From: Chiloscyllium plagiosum
Taxonomy: Eukaryota
NCBI RefSeq assembly: GCF_004010195.1
Contig: NC_057719.1
Coordinates: 83,788,827-83,852,826, forward strand
DNA: 64,000 nt
Direction of reading: 5' to 3'
The notes under the pieces are model-generated. The model saw nothing but the letters and a program-made list of their open reading frames with translations, had not been told where the DNA came from and searched no databases. Numbering within the stretch: position 1 is the first letter of the stretch; each line of letters opens with the position of its first letter. Both the position numbers and the translations under genes were made by a program. Shown here piece after piece: positions 37,925 through 52,074 of the stretch.

Positions 37925-38231
37925 AGCTGAGCTGCAAGGTTCATTTCCAGACATTTCGTTACCCTACTAGCTAACATCTTAGGTGGGCCTCAGGCGAAGC
38001 AATGCTGAAAATTCCTGCTTTCTATTTATATGTTTGGGTTTCTTTGGGTTGGTGATGTCATTTCCTGTGGTGAATAGCAAGCAGGAATTTTCAGCATTGC
38101 TTCGCCTGAGGCCCACTGAGGATGTGACCTAGTAGGGTAACGAAATGTCTGGAAATGAACCTTGTAGCTCAGCGAGCAAACCTACATCCAAAACCTCAAC
38201 CTGAGCTACAAATCTTCTCAAAACTCGCTAA
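37925..38231. mobile_element. PLE family C element with ~100-bp inverted arms
   Basis: TSD gtgtgggagca at 37914-37924 and 38232-38242, with arms at 37926-38026 and 38073-38173. Confidence 0.85.
38113..38152 (+). ncRNA. Minimal hammerhead ribozyme motif
   Basis: It reads CCA CUGAGGA U GUgACCU agua GGGUaAC GAAA UG U C UGG. The core is intact, but the palindrome has decayed from ACGU to AUGU. Confidence 0.65.
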
Positions 38232-38329
38232 GTGTGGGAGCAGGTTACTTGCATGTGCTGTTTACCATGAGGGTTAGGCGTGATATGGACCTTTCATGTA
38301 ATAAACTGTTGAAACACTCTATGCAGAAT

Positions 38330-38634
38330 GTAGATTAGATTAGATTACTTACAGTGTGGAAACAGGCCCTTCGGCCCAACAAGTCCACAGCGACCCTCCG
38401 AAGAGCAACCCACCCAGATCCATTCCCCTACATTTGGCCCTTCACTTAACACTATGGACAATTTAGCATGGCCAATTCACCTAACCTGCACATTTTTGGA
38501 CTGTGGGAGGAAACCCATGTAGACATGGGGAGAATGTGCAAACTCCACACAGACAGTTGCCTGAGGCGGGAATTGAACCCGGGTCTCTGGCGCTGTGAGG
38601 CAGCAGTGCTAACCATTGTGCCACCATGCCGCCC
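38330..38634 (-). mobile_element. HE1-type V-SINE
   Basis: Head, V-domain and (TCTAA)n tail are all present. Confidence 0.93.
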
Positions 38635-41241
38635 TGGACAACTCATGGTTGGCCAAGTACCTTACCAGTTATAAGGAAGCTTCCTCTACAATGCCCATTG
38701 TACACATCTCAAACCAAGTATGGCATTAGCTTAGAGAGTAAACAAAATGTCTTGCAAAAACCTGAGCTTCAAGTTGCTGTCACTCAGCACCTTAATCCAA
38801 CCTCTCAGAATATTTCCCAATTCAGACTGTGAAATTTTCATTCCTCATATCAACTATTATTATAGTCTTACTAAATTAACTAAGTAATGCACTTTGCTGG
38901 ACTGAACACACATACAACCTATGTATCTTCCTTCAAGACGTCTCTTCCCATCCACACTGATACCTTCGTAATCATCTAAGATTCCATTCTTGGTTCCTCC
39001 TCATCTCACATCTCGTTGACAGCATCCACTGACGTTGGATCACTTTCCATGTTAATGCAGACGACATGGAGTTCTACCTGTGCATTACCTCTCTTGACCT
39101 CTTTCCAGATTCAGTGTCATCAATTCTTTGCATTCTTTCAATTATGGCCTCTTGCATATCCTCAAATTTCAACGCTGTATCATTGGCAGCTGTGCCTTCA
39201 GCTGTCTGGGTCACAAAATCCACATTTTTTTCTTGAACCTTTCTGCATCAATAGCAACCTCTTGCTACATTTTATACCTAAAGTCACAAACTGTTTCCCA
39301 GGCTTTTGGGCACCCATTCCAAAACCTCCTGCATTCCAACAATCATTTCCAAAATACTTCATAGGCTACAAAGACATGGGGGCTTCCTGAGACACTAAAC
39401 AAATGTAAGGCTTTTATTATTGGTACATATGTACATTTGAATTAGGAGCAGGAGTGAAAGACAGGCCATTGAACCTACTCTGCCCTTCAATAAGGCCATG
39501 GCTGATATGATGAGTCCACATTCCTGTTCACCCTGATAACATTTCACCTACGTGCTTATCACAAAAATATCTATCTCTGCCTTAAAAACATTATCTCCTC
39601 CTTCAGCTAAATACTTGATTAGGCTCTTGTGAAACACAATGTGTTTTACATAAAAGGTGATACATAAATGCAAGCATTTGCCAATCATGGATGATGTTTA
39701 AACATATGCATTGATTGAATGGTTCTTTGGGTCATGATGACGCCACTGAGAGATCAGGATTCAGGCTCTCTCTCTCTCTGTCTCTCTGATTCACTGAGTA
39801 TCTGTTAATTTGTCAGAGGATCTCAAATTTAAAGTTGAAGGGTTAGGAGAGAAAAATTATCTTAGCGGTCTTAACTCTAAAGAGATGCAGTGGGAGATAA
39901 GCTACTGTTTTGCCAGAGGAAAACATATTGTACTATACCAACTATTTACTGTTAGTTCACGTATCTTTAAATAAACCACTTGTTAGTCTGAAGTCTGTTT
40001 CGCATCTTGGTCTAGTGTTTATTAAGTTAAGCTTCTATAAAGAGAGCACTCAGGTGCCACATGCATCCCTTAATACAAAGAATTTATTAATCTGTTTTGT
40101 AATTTTCAATTGGCCTTCCCAGCTATTCGTTCCAAATTTCCACTGCCCTTTGTGTGAACCCAAGTGGTTCCTGACATCACTCATTGAGTGGCCTCTAATT
40201 TTAAGGTTATGTCCCCTTGTTCTGGACTTCCCCACCGGATAGAACTGTTTCTGTCTATCCTGCCTACCAAATCGGTTAATCATTTCAACGCCCCAATAAG
40301 ATCATGTGCTACTCGAAGGACACAAGCTCAGTCGCCAGCCAAATGATTGTTGTTCGTGTGTACACACCTCAACGGTGAATGTCAACAGGATACTTCAAGA
40401 GCAATACAATCAATTCCTGCCAAATAGTGTGGTCTAGCAGGCTATTAAACTAGGACTGGTATCACAGAGCTTAATCCTGTGTACATTCAATGGCCAGGTT
40501 TGCACACCCAGTCAAAAGTGATCAAAGTGACTACTTTGATTGATTTTGCACTGTGTTGAGGCAAGGGTGCTGAAAGATCACGAAACCTTTGGCTCACACC
40601 CTTTGTCAACTGAACCACAGTGGGAGGGGTCAACCACTAGCTTCTTAATACTGAACTGTGATTCTTAACTCTAATCTCAGCACAGAGTAAACATGGCTAA
40701 GGTCTCTTCACTGCAAAGGGATGTGTTGACAAGCCTTCCTTGTTTCGTTCTCCTGCCTTCTCTCTCTCTAGTCCTAATTGGTTGAGTGCCGAATGCCATC
40801 CATTTGCCAGCGAGAGGCAATTCCAGACTTTGAGGAGGGGGGGTCAGGGCAACATCTGGTTCCCACATATACAACAGAAGAAGGATTAGCTGCTTGACTT
40901 GCTCTGCTTGAGGTCTCTGCAGGTACAATGCCATTTATATTTTAGATGGAAAAATAAAAGCCTCAGAATGTGCATTTCCTTTGGGAGTTAACAGCTCCTG
41001 TTGCATCACAAGGTCAAGTCAGATTTCTACATCTCACAAACTAACTGGTGCCTCATTAGTGGGTGAACTTGGCTGATGAGTCCTAGATCGAGTAGAAATG
41101 TTCGAACTCTTTACTCTCAGTTCTCTATTTTTCCAATCGGACTCAGGTTAATGCCTCCTCCTGGTTCAAATTGCCAAAAATCTGTAATTTTCAAAGTCAC
41201 CATGTATCATGTGTGAGTCTAGACATTACTCAGCATCACTA

Positions 41242-41571
41242 CATTACATTACATTACATTTTTTTTACATTACATTACAGTGTAGAAACAGGCCCTTCGG
41301 CCCAACAAGTCCACACCGACCCGCCGAAGCGCAACCCACCCATACCCCTACATTTACCCCTTACCTAACACTACGGGTAATTTAGCATGGCCAATTCACC
41401 TGACCTGCACATCTTTGGACTGTGGGAGGAAACCGGCGCACCCGGAGGAAACCCACGCAGACACGGGGAGAACGTGCAAACTCCACACAGTTGGTCGCCT
41501 GAGGCGGGAATTGAACCCGGGTCTCTGGCGCTGTGAGGCAGCAGTGCTAACCACTGTGCCACCGTGCCGCC
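41242..41571 (-). mobile_element. HE1-type V-SINE, CpG-rich young copy with (TAATG)n tail
   Basis: It reads GGGCGGCACGGTGGCACAGTGGTTAGCACTGCTGCC...GGTTCAATTCC with an intact V-domain. Confidence 0.95.
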
Positions 41572-41865
41572 CACTCTTTCTCTCTCTCTCTCTCTCTCTC
41601 ATGTACAATATACCATCTCTCAAAGTCCTCTTATACCTAAAGGCTAGCAGGTGCCCATGAACTCCATCACTTACAAATTGTCAGTGGTTCAAAGTCTGAG
41701 AACTTGTTACTTTTGGGAGTTACCTTCACCAGACAAACTGCTGAGGGTCAAGATGGCAGCTTCCAACACCCTTCTTAAGGATGACCATGAGTGGCAATTG
41801 TCTTGCCAGTGACACCACATCTTGCGAACTAATCTAGGGATGGATAATAAATAATAGTCATTTCA

Positions 41866-43650
41866 GGAGGGGACATGAAAAGTCATTGACGGATAGGATC
41901 AAGGAAAACCGTAAGGCTTTCTATAGGTATATCAGGAATAAAAGAATGACGAGAGTAAGATTAGGACCAGTCAAGGATAGTAGTGGGAAATTGTGAGTGG
42001 AGTCAGAGGAGATAAGGGAAGTGCTAAATGAATATTTTTTGATGGTATTCACACTGGAAAACAACAATGTTGTTGAGGAGAATACTGAGATGCAGGCTAC
42101 TAGACTGGACGGGATTGAGGTTCACAAGGAGGGGGTGTTAGCAATTCTGGAAAGTGTGAAAATAGATAAGTCCCCTGGGCTGGATGGGATTTATCCAAGG
42201 ATTCTCTGGAAAGCCAGAGAGGAGGTTGTACAGCCTTTGGCTTTGATCATTATGTTGTCATTGCTACAAGAATAGTGCCAGAAGACTGGAGGATCGTAAA
42301 TGTTGTCCCCTTGTTCAAGAAGGGGAGTAGAGACAACCCTGGTAATTATAGACCAGTGAGGCTTACTTCATTTGTGGATAAAGTGTTAGAAAAGGTTACA
42401 AGAGAGAGGATTTATAATCATCCAGAAAGGAATAAGTTGATTAGGGATAGTCAGCATGGTTTTGTGAAGGGTAGGTCATGCCTCACAAATCTTATTGGAG
42501 TTCTTTAAGAAGGTGATCAAACAGATGGATGAGGGTAAAGCAGTGTGTATGGATTTCAGTAATGCACTTGGTTCCCCATGGTAGGCTATTGCACAAAATA
42601 CAGAGGCATGGGATTGAGGGTGATTTAGCGGTTTACCTTAGAAATTGGCTAGCTGAAAGAAGACAGAGGGTGGTGGTTGACGGTAAATATTCATCCTGGA
42701 GTTCAGTAGTGGTGTACTTCAAGGATTGTTTTGGGCCCACTGCTGTTTGTCATTTTTAGAAATGACTTGGATGAGGACATAGAAAGATAGGTTAGTAAAT
42801 TTGCAGATGTCACTATGGTCAGTAGAGTTGTTGATAGTGTCGAAGAATGTTGTGGGTTACAGAGGGACATAGATAAGCTGACAGCTGGGCTGAGAGGTGG
42901 GAAATGGAGTTTAATGTGGAAAAATGTGAGGTGATTCACTTTGGCAGGAGCAACAGGAATAGAGTACTAGGTTAATGGTAAAATTCTTGGTCGTGAAGAT
43001 GAACAGAGAGATCTTGGTGTCCATGTACCTAGATCTCTCAAAGTTGCCACCCAGGTTGATAGGATTATAAAGAAGGCATACAGTGTGTTAGTTTTTAATT
43101 AGTAGAGGGATTGAGTTTCAGAGCCATGAAGTCATGCTGCAGCTGTATAACACTCTTGGGTGTGGCCACACTTGGAGTATCATGTACAGTTCTGGTCACC
43201 ACATTGTAGGAAGGATGTGGAAGTTTTAGAAAGGGTTCAGAGAAGATTTACTAGGATATTGCCTAATATGGAAGGAAGGCCTTACAAGGAAAGGCTGAGG
43301 GACTTGAGGATGTTTTTGTTAGAGAAGAAGGTTGAGAGGTGACTTAATTGAGACATAGAAGATTATCAGAGGGTTAGATAGATTGGACAGTTAGAGCCTT
43401 TTTCCTCGGATGGTGATAGGACAGATGTCAGAGGTAGTTCCTTTACTCAGAGGGTAGCAGGGGCATGGAATGCACTGCCTGCAACAGGAGTAGACTCATC
43501 AACTTTAAGGGCATTTAAATGGTAATTGGATAGGCATATGGATGAAAATTGAATAGTATACATTAGATGGGCTTCAAATTGGTTTCGCAAGTCTGTGTAA
43601 TAGGAGGGCTGAAGGGCCTGTACTGCGCTGTAATGTTCTATGTTCTAGAA
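41866..43650 (+). mobile_element. 5'-truncated CR1/HER1 LINE (RT region)
   Basis: ORFs read KSPGLDGIYPRIL, PEDWRIVNVVPLFKKGSRDNPGNYRPV, SQHGFVKGRSCLTNL and HLEYHVQFWSPH. The tail is (TGTTCTA)2, and a candidate TSD catttca lies at 41859-41865 and 43651-43657. Confidence 0.95.
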
Positions 43651-43844
43651 CATTTCACAAGCACATTGTGAAACATACTGTCACTGAACAGCTATCGAGA
43701 GTGGATCCTTAGCTGTATTTTTCTCAGCCCAATCATTAAGGTCCGTCAAAGTATTATAAGTGCTGCCATCCACATTGAATTCAGCAAGTTAAAGGCAGTT
43801 CGCAATTGAATCTAGGGCTCTCTGGAACTGCATGGCTCAGCACA

Positions 43845-43974
43845 CATTCCTGATGAAGGGCTCTTGCCCAAAACATCAAATCTCCTGCTCCTCAGATGCT
43901 GCCTGACCCTACTGTGCTTTTCCAGCATCACACTCTTGACTCTAACCTCCAGCATTTGCAATCCTTACTTTCGT
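43845..43974 (+). mobile_element. PLE family A element (single arm)
   Basis: TSD tcagcaca at 43837-43844 and 43975-43982. The core is CUGAUGA with G12>A. Confidence 0.85.
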
Positions 43975-44097
43975 TCAGCACATGTTATGTACAGACCACC
44001 AGTGGAAATGTCATTTATCACATATTAAGTTTGTTCTGAGAATTTATTCCATTATGAAAGCACTTGAACACTTCTGTGTTACTCTTCACCCTTCGAA

Positions 44098-44778
44098 TTA
44101 GAATCCCTACAGTATGGAAACAGGCTCTTCAGCTCAACTAGTCCACACTGACTCTCCGAAGAGTAACCCACCCAGACCTATTCCCCTACCCTATATTTAC
44201 CCCCGACTAATGCACCCAGCCTACACACCCCTGAAAACTATGGGCAATTTAGCATGGCCAATTCACTTGACATGCACATATTTGGAATGTGGGAGGAAAC
44301 CAGGGCACCGTGAGGAAATCCACGCAGACACGGGGAGAATGTGCAAACTCCACACAGACAGTCAGTCACCAGGGGGTGGAATAGAACCTGGGCCCCTGGC
44401 ACTGAGGCAGCAGTACTAACCACTGCCCTTCCTTATGATTTCTGTTCATTTTCATTGAATGACCATCCACAGAGAAACAGGACTTTAGATTAGATTGCTT
44501 ACAGTGTGAAAACAGGTCCTTCGGCCCAACAAGTCCACATCAACCCTCCGGAGAGCAACCCACCCATAGCCCTACATTTACCCCTTCAGCTAACACTATA
44601 GGCAGTTTAGCATGGCCAATACACCTGACCTACACATTTTTGGACTGTGGGAGGAAACCCACGCAGACACAGGGAGAATGTGCAAACTCCACATAGACAG
44701 TTGCCTGAGGCAGAGATTGAACCCAGGTCTCTGGCGCTGTGAGGTAGCAGTGCTAACCACTGTGCCACCGTGCCGCCC
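44098..44778 (-). mobile_element. Two adjacent HE1 SINEs (44098-44427 and 44487-44778)
   Basis: Each has a tail, V-domain and tRNA-like head. Confidence 0.9.
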
Positions 44779-45369
44779 AGAAATCAGAAATCGTTTCTTG
44801 CTGAGGCTGTCCAGATTTAGTTGAGGTTACGACAATTGACCTCAATAACTCTGCCCTCCAGTACATTACCCAGTGATCTTGATTGCAAGTGTGTGACATT
44901 TGGGTGAAGAAAGTAACAGGCCCATTGCCAGTCAGCATTCAGGTGATGAAGGATGATCTCTTGACGCATGCTCTTAGTGCGCACATGCGTAATGGCCTGC
45001 CAGTGTTTCTTAAGACTTTGGTTTTTTGGATTGTCTGTAGCGAGGAGGGACTCTCTTGCTCTTCAGTATAGTCTGATCCTAGCTCTGATCTCGGTGGTAC
45101 CCAACTAGTCCCGCCCTGCCATTTGGAAATAAATACATTTATTGCTACTCTTTGTTTTTTGCTGGCCTACCAGTTTTCTATACATTTCAACACACAACCT
45201 CCAATCCCACAGACTTCAATCTTGCCTGCTAATCAAAGAGTAAAGGAGAGTAATCACGACACTAGGTACACCAAGTTCCTTATGTAGTAAATTAGGCCAT
45301 TGTCACATAGTTAACGAATCATTCGGACTTCACTGTCAACCACAATATAGGTGGAAGTGAGGGGCTCTT

Positions 45370-45770
45370 GTGTTTGCATTAACACTTGTTTGACACCTTT
45401 CACAATCTCAGGTCATCCTGAAGAGCTTAACAGCCAATAACGTACTTGTGAAGTGTAGTCAGTGATATAATTTAGGAAACGTGGCAAGAAATTTGCATGT
45501 AGCGCTAACAGCATTATGATAATAACCAGGTAATTTGATGCCAAATGAGGGATAAATATTGCTCAGGCCCCTCATCGGTGAAAACAGTATAATGGGATCT
45601 TTTCAGCACATGAGAGAAAAGAGGGGGCTTTAGTTTGAGGCAGCACCGCCAACATTCCCTGAGTGCGGATCTAAAGCGTCAGCCTTGATTTTCATGCTCA
45701 AGCCTCAAGGATGAAATCTGAGTCGACGTCCTGACTCAGAACTGAGAATGTGACCAACTGAGCTGCAGTT
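45370..45770 (-). mobile_element. Deu-domain SINE
   Basis: Reverse-complement homology to 9370-9750. Further copies lie at ~53330-54020 (+) and ~61600-61830 (-). Confidence 0.65.
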
Positions 45771-47744
45771 AACAAGAACTGACTAACTTCTGAGTTAACC
45801 CATTCAATTTATCGAATCTGAAAATAAACACAGAAAATGCTGAAGTAGTGTGAAAAGATGGTTTGAAACATGCAGTCTTTCTCTCCCCACATATGCCTCA
45901 GACTGGCTGACTTATCTCCCCCCAGTATTTTCTTCTGTTTCATACCAAGTGAAAACTGGTTTACTCTGATTGATGGTCTTAACTGGCCAGATTTATTTTC
46001 CTTGAGAATTGCTTTGGTAGCTGTTACTCCAGAGAAATAAGGAGTGTTTGCAGAGCCTGTGGTATGTCACTAAACAAATCCGACATCCATAGCCTAACGC
46101 ATGCCATGGTGACCCCCAGTTCATACTTGATAACTAACCCAGCCTCTAATCCTCTTCATTCAAATCGATAAGGTGCATTCGTGTAGTACCTTGAACATTA
46201 TAAAATATTGTCCAGTGTTTTACAAGAGCGATCAACAAGTAAAATTTGACACTGAGCCAAGTGAGACAACATTAGGTCAGGAGACTATATATTTGGTCAA
46301 GGAAATAGGTTTTACAGTTTGTTTTAAAGGAAAAGTGAAAGGTGGCGAGGTTTAGGGAGATAATTCCCAAATTTAAGGCTCATTTACCTAAAGGCACAGT
46401 GACAATGGCAGGACAAAAGAATTTACTACCTACAATCCATAGGACAACTACTTGCTTCAACCAAATTTTAGTTTTAAAGGACCTCTGTTAGATCATTTTA
46501 TGCCTTTTCTTCTCTAGAGAAGAATAATACATGCACTCTTATCTTTGATATAATGTAGTCTGTGACATATTGCACACCTAGCTGCTTTCTAATCTTGAAC
46601 CAAAACCTCTTCGATTCCAGGGCTTATACTGAATTCGCAGTTTTAGTTTGTTTAATTTTAGTTGACCTTCGACTTTGTCAAATATCATTTGGGATGTTAG
46701 TAACATCGTGTCATAGGGCTGTCAACACAACTTGTCATTGTTGTGCAGGCAGGGACTGTGGGGAAAGAAAGTGCTGAGTTGAATTCCCCAGAGGTCATTC
46801 ACTTTCATTTACATAAATGACCTCAACTTTGAAATTTAATACGAAGTGGTCAAATTTGCAACTGGGATGAGGCAATGAAGCCAGAGGAAATAGTTGCAAA
46901 TTATGCAGTGAGCTAGACAGAATAATGATATGGGCAGACCAATAGCTGAGAGAAAGGTTCATGCAGACAACAACAATGTTCCACATCACATGCACTCCCC
47001 AAACCCTAGTGAGGCAGGGACTGTTGCCTCTCTGAGGGAAAAATGGATAAGTACATAAAGGAGAGGAGGAGGTGATTGTGGAGAAAAAACAGGCAGCAAA
47101 CAGCTGGAACAAGGTACATTGAGCCAAATGACCTCATTCTGTCATATAAAATGCTACATTTCTATGATCCACTGACTGCAAGATTAAGGTTTGAAGCAAC
47201 TATTTGCGATCTCAGGCAAGACTACAGACTTTGCAGGACATACTCTGATGATAAGGAAACAAAGTTGAATGTTCTTATCCTACCAGATTTTAAGTACATA
47301 AGGAACAAGAAGAGGCCATTCAGCCCCTCAAGTTGATTCAATCAAATCCTGGTTGACCTGTTCCGCAACTCCATCTCTTACTTTTGCTCCAAATGCCACG
47401 ATAACTTTACACAACTATATCTATGAACTTGATTTTGAAGGTTTCACTTGCATCTCTGCCCTTTGAGAAGAGAGTTCTAGACCTTTCAGTCGCATGCCCT
47501 GCATCAATTTCCTGTTAGGGAAATTAATGTTTATAAGTGGAGAGATGGAAACACAACATCACAGCCAAGTTTCCTCCAGCTACTGATGACTGTCAATGCA
47601 CTATATTTATCTTCCTGTTAACCAATCCTATCCATATTGAATTATATGTGTGAAGTTGATGTACTTTGAAAAGAAGGGATAGGAAGTGGCAATACAGACT
47701 TAATGGCACTGTTCGAAAGAGTGTGCAGGAACTCAGCAACTTGG

Positions 47745-48577
47745 GCGCACGTCCATCAGGTAGTGGTCAGCACATGGTGTCCTCGAGACCCTGCGGGAGA
47801 GGAAGAGGATGAATCTTGTCGTGTGGCTCCCTGAGCAGACTGCCAAAGTCATTTGGCAGAATGCCTCTTCACCAGAACTTTACAACCAGTACCAAGACAT
47901 AGCTTGGCTGGTGGTGAGAAGGGCAGTGCCTGTCAGATCCTTCATGTATGCCAGGACACTCTCCACCCACCACACACTGCCCTCGAAGTGGGGAGAAGAG
48001 ATTGTCACACACCCCCTTCTGGAATGTGCCTTTGCAAAAGAGGGCTGGGAAGAGATGCAGTGGGTTTTGTCCAGGTTTGTCCCTTGCCATTCTATGACGT
48101 AGGATTCTGTGCTTTATGTTCCCCGGACGCATACCGAGACAAACATTGACTGTGCCAGAAGGAGCATCAACTCAGAGTAAGGCACACTTTTCTCTGCCTG
48201 ATCTTGTTGGTCTTCCATTGTAAGCTTGATCCGAGTGTTGTAGATGGATACTTTCCATGTCCAGGATTACATGCTGACCAATGCACTAAAGGTTAGGGAC
48301 AGTTGCAACTAAGGCGCTGCAGGGGAAGACCACTGTCTAAGGTCTTTTGGACAAAGCAAAACAAGGTCCATTGAGTTTCAAGATACTCTCGCAGCGTTAA
48401 TAGGAATGTAAATAGATTCCTTTCACATTTAGAAAATGCTTTTGTTGCAACTGAATTGAAGCTCTAACACAGTATAGTAATCCACGATATTTTCTGCAAA
48501 GTCTGCACAGAACTGTTTTGTCCTTGTTTTTATTTATAGATTATTTATGAATAATGCATATTTTTGTTTCAAAAAAA
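47745..48577 (+). mobile_element. Tx1/L1-clade LINE 3' end
   Basis: ORF 47809-48102 reads VIWQNASSPEL..DIAWLVVRRAVPVR..EEIVTHPLLECAFAKEGW, resembling a degenerate zf-RVT domain. It ends in an AATAA-like signal and an A-tract. Confidence 0.75.
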
Positions 48578-48579
48578 GT

Positions 48580-49830
48580 GCATGTGCATGCATCTTTGAA
48601 GATATTGAGAGATTGTTCAGTTGGGCCATGTAGGACTTTAGGCTTCACAAACAGATACAGACAGCACAAAAGCAAGTAAGTTCGGCTGAATTCTTATAAA
48701 GCTCTGATCAGCCCTCAGTTACAGTACTGCCAATAGTTCAGGGCACCACACTTCAGAAAGGACATGAGAGTCCTTGTGAGAGCACAAAGGAGATTTACCA
48801 GAATAGTTTTGAAGGTAGGGGATATTAGAAACAAGATTAGCTCACAGAATCTGGGACTGTTTTCATTAATGCAAAAGAAATTGAAGGGATTTTGTTTAAG
48901 GTTTACAGGATTAATACAGTTTTGGATAAGGTAGGTAAGGGAAGGCTTTTCTCATTGCCTTACAGTATAGCGTTCAGAGACATAGAGTAAAGGTTTTGGG
49001 TAAGAGTTGGAGGCAGAAAGTGAGGAAGATCCATGTTTTAAGGAGTGAACAGTAATGATCTGAAATGTGCTGTCTGAGAGACTGGTGGAAGCAGAGACGA
49101 TTGATGATTTCAAAATGAAAATGGATGGGTGCCTGAAGAAAAGAAACTTGCAGATCTGTAGGGATGCAGCAAGGTTATGATTCTTCTGAGGTCTTAGCCC
49201 AGCTCAACAGGATGAACAGCTTCACTCTCTGCCATGAATAAGCCTTATGACTCATTATTTATCTTTTAGATGAAGTTTACCCACTCCATTGCTGTTGTTT
49301 AGGTCCATCAATCCATCATTGATTATCCTGTAGTCTCCAGAAATTAAAATTTAATGTCCCTGAGCCACCAAGAAGAAATAGCCTGTATGTTTGGTTTGCA
49401 TTAGGAGGAGAGACTGGATAGGCTGGGACTTCTTTCCCTTGAGCATAAGCAGTTGAGGGGTGACCTTCCAGAGGTGTATAAAATCACAAGGGGTACTCAT
49501 AAGGTGAACAGCAGGTCTCTTTTCACCAAGGTTGTGAGATTTCAAGTCCACGGGGCATATTTTTACGGTGAGAGGGGAAAGACTTAGAAAAGACACGAGG
49601 GGTAACTTTTTTTTAACACAAGAGAGTGGTTCGCGTGTGGGATGAACTGCCAGAGGAAGTGGTGGATGCCGGTACAATTACAACATTTAAAAGACATTTG
49701 GCGAAGTACATGAATAAGAAATATTTGGAGGGATATGGGCCAAGCGCAGGCAGGTGGGACTAGTTTCGTTTGGGATTATGGTCAGCATGGACTGGTTGGA
49801 CCGAAGGGTCTGTTTCCGTGCTGTATGACT
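48580..49830 (+). mobile_element. Two CR1 3' fragments (48580-49230 old; 49380-49830 younger)
   Basis: CR1 ORF2 C-terminus and a tail ending ctgtttccgtgctgtatgact. Confidence 0.8.
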
Positions 49831-50109
49831 TCATGACAAAAGGCTGTTTGCCACCAATCAAGAATTATTTGGTTTCTGATGGGCTAAGGGGCTTTGGCCA
49901 TGTCAGGCACACAAGGGTGAGGGGAGTGTGGACGGATGACCATGTGATTGAACCCCCTACTATAATTGCCAACCTAAAAATACTGCCTCACTAAACAGAA
50001 TGATATGTTATTGAATGCTACACAAGGATGGACAACACACGTGCGTAAAGACAAATACTCATCACCAATGATCACCAAAAAGATCCTACAGGCATTAGAC
50101 AAAAAAAAA

Positions 50110-50712
50110 GCAACAAGATCTGGACAATATCCATGCTTGGGCTGACAAGTAACATTAGCACCACGCAGATGCCAGGCTATGACCATCACCAATAAGAGAC
50201 TATCTAATAGACACTCTCTGACATTCAATGGTGTTACCATCACCGAATCCCCACTGTCAACATCTGTGGGGTTACCGCTGACCAGAAACTCAACTTGACT
50301 CATCACATAAACAACTAGGAGAAAGTGAGGACTGCAGATGCTGGAGATCAGAGCTGGCAACAAGCGTAGGTCATGCTTAGGCAAGTAACTCACCTCCTGA
50401 GTCCCCAAAGCCTGTTCAATATTTCAAGGTACAAATCAGGAGTGAGATGGAATACTCCCCACTTGCCTGGATGGGAGCAGCTCAAGAAGCTTGCCTCCAT
50501 CCAGGACAATGCATTCCACTTGATTGGCTCTACATCCACAAGCATCCATTCCCTCCACCACTGATGTTCAGTAGCAGCGGTGTGTACTATCTAGAGGATG
50601 CACTGCAGAAATTCACCAAAGATCCTTAGACAGCACCTTCCAAACCCTCAAACACTTCCATCTAGAAGGACAAGAGCAGCAGGTACATGAGAACACCATC
50701 ACCTACAAGTTC
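50110..50712 (+). mobile_element. LINE (CR1/L2-group) ORF2 3' fragment with a short family A insert at 50318-50354
   Basis: Degenerate coding-like sequence. Related 3' ends appear at ~24040-24290, 27040-27180 and 30120-30480. Confidence 0.55.
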
Positions 50713-52074
50713 CCAGTTGCCCAAGTGTTTGGAAGGCACCATTCAAGGACTCTCAGTGAATTTCTGTATTGTTTGAAAATTTGTGGTAAGTCAGTGGTGG
50801 CAAATGTTCAATTAGGGTCAGACCCAGCATGATACATGTGATGCAGAGATTACAACTTGCATTTATATGGTGTAATTTGGTAAAATGCTACACAATGGAA
50901 TTATTGAATTATCAACAAGATGACATAGACAAAAAAAACTGAGTCATTCCAAGTAATACATTTGGATCTTTAGATGTCATAACTTTCTTGCTGGGCTATA
51001 TCTAATTACAAACATCTTTTAATAACCTAAGCACTAAACCAAAGTTGTTTTTCCTGAACCAATCTTAAAAAGGAAATATTTGATTTCCTCCAATGTGGCT
51101 GATTATGTTCCTGCACTTTGTGAGAACACTTAGAAGGTGCTTTTGAACACGGTGATTTTTCATCGCAGCAATCAGAACATATCCAGAGGTGAGATACAAG
51201 GTTTCACTTAGGATGTGGGAGGGAGAAGAATGAATAATTGAAAGTATTGCACCTTCTTTTGTTAAGGGAGCTTTTACACTACGATGTATATTTACATTAC
51301 AACTTTAATCAAGTAAAACATTCAAAGAAACTTCATACGAGTATTCTAAAATGAAAATGATGATGACCCCCACAAGCAAATATCAGATTAGCAGACCAAA
51401 AGCTTCGTCAACGAGGTAAGTTTTAAGGAGTGTCCTAAAGGAGGAAAATGATGTAGAGAGGGAGAGATATATAAGGAAATTACTTAAGGGCTTAGGAAAT
51501 TGAAGAAAGACATAGCCACTAAAAGTTGAGCGATTAAAATTAGAGATGTTTAATTAGAGGAACATAAACATCTCAGAGCGTTGCGGCCTAGAGGCAGGGA
51601 TAGCCAAAGTCATGGAGGATTTTGAAAACAAAAATGAGAACTGTAAAATCCAACACTGCTTGATCACAAGCCACTGTAGATCAGAGTTCATAGTTGACTA
51701 TGTCCATCAAGTAAAAGTACAAATAAAGTCAGCTACGCATCCTATGGTCAGAACTCACTATTATAAACCAAAGGCCACCTGAATGAGGGAGCAGAAGAAA
51801 CATATCACATCAAGAGTCAAACACCTTCAGGACAAGAAAGAGAAATCATTTAAAAAGAAGTGGATATAACTAAGTGCATGTAGACACAGGGACAAGCAGG
51901 CACAAGTTAAATGCATTTCTATGGGTAGAGACATATACAATAAAAAGCTGGAGGATGACTACACATGTTCACGTGAATTTGGGTACACAGAAAAATGGTC
52001 ATGCTTGTTTGTTCATGTGCACACAGACACAGTATCATACTAACGTCTTCTCTTCAGATTTATTGTTACAGAAC

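Noticed and set aside
41500..41571. tRNA gene (A/B boxes)
   Set aside because: This is the tRNA-derived head of an HE1 SINE, continuous with the V-domain and tail. The same applies to the other copies.
41866..43650. Active LINE / intact reverse transcriptase
   Set aside because: It is 5'-truncated with multiple frameshifts and stop codons.
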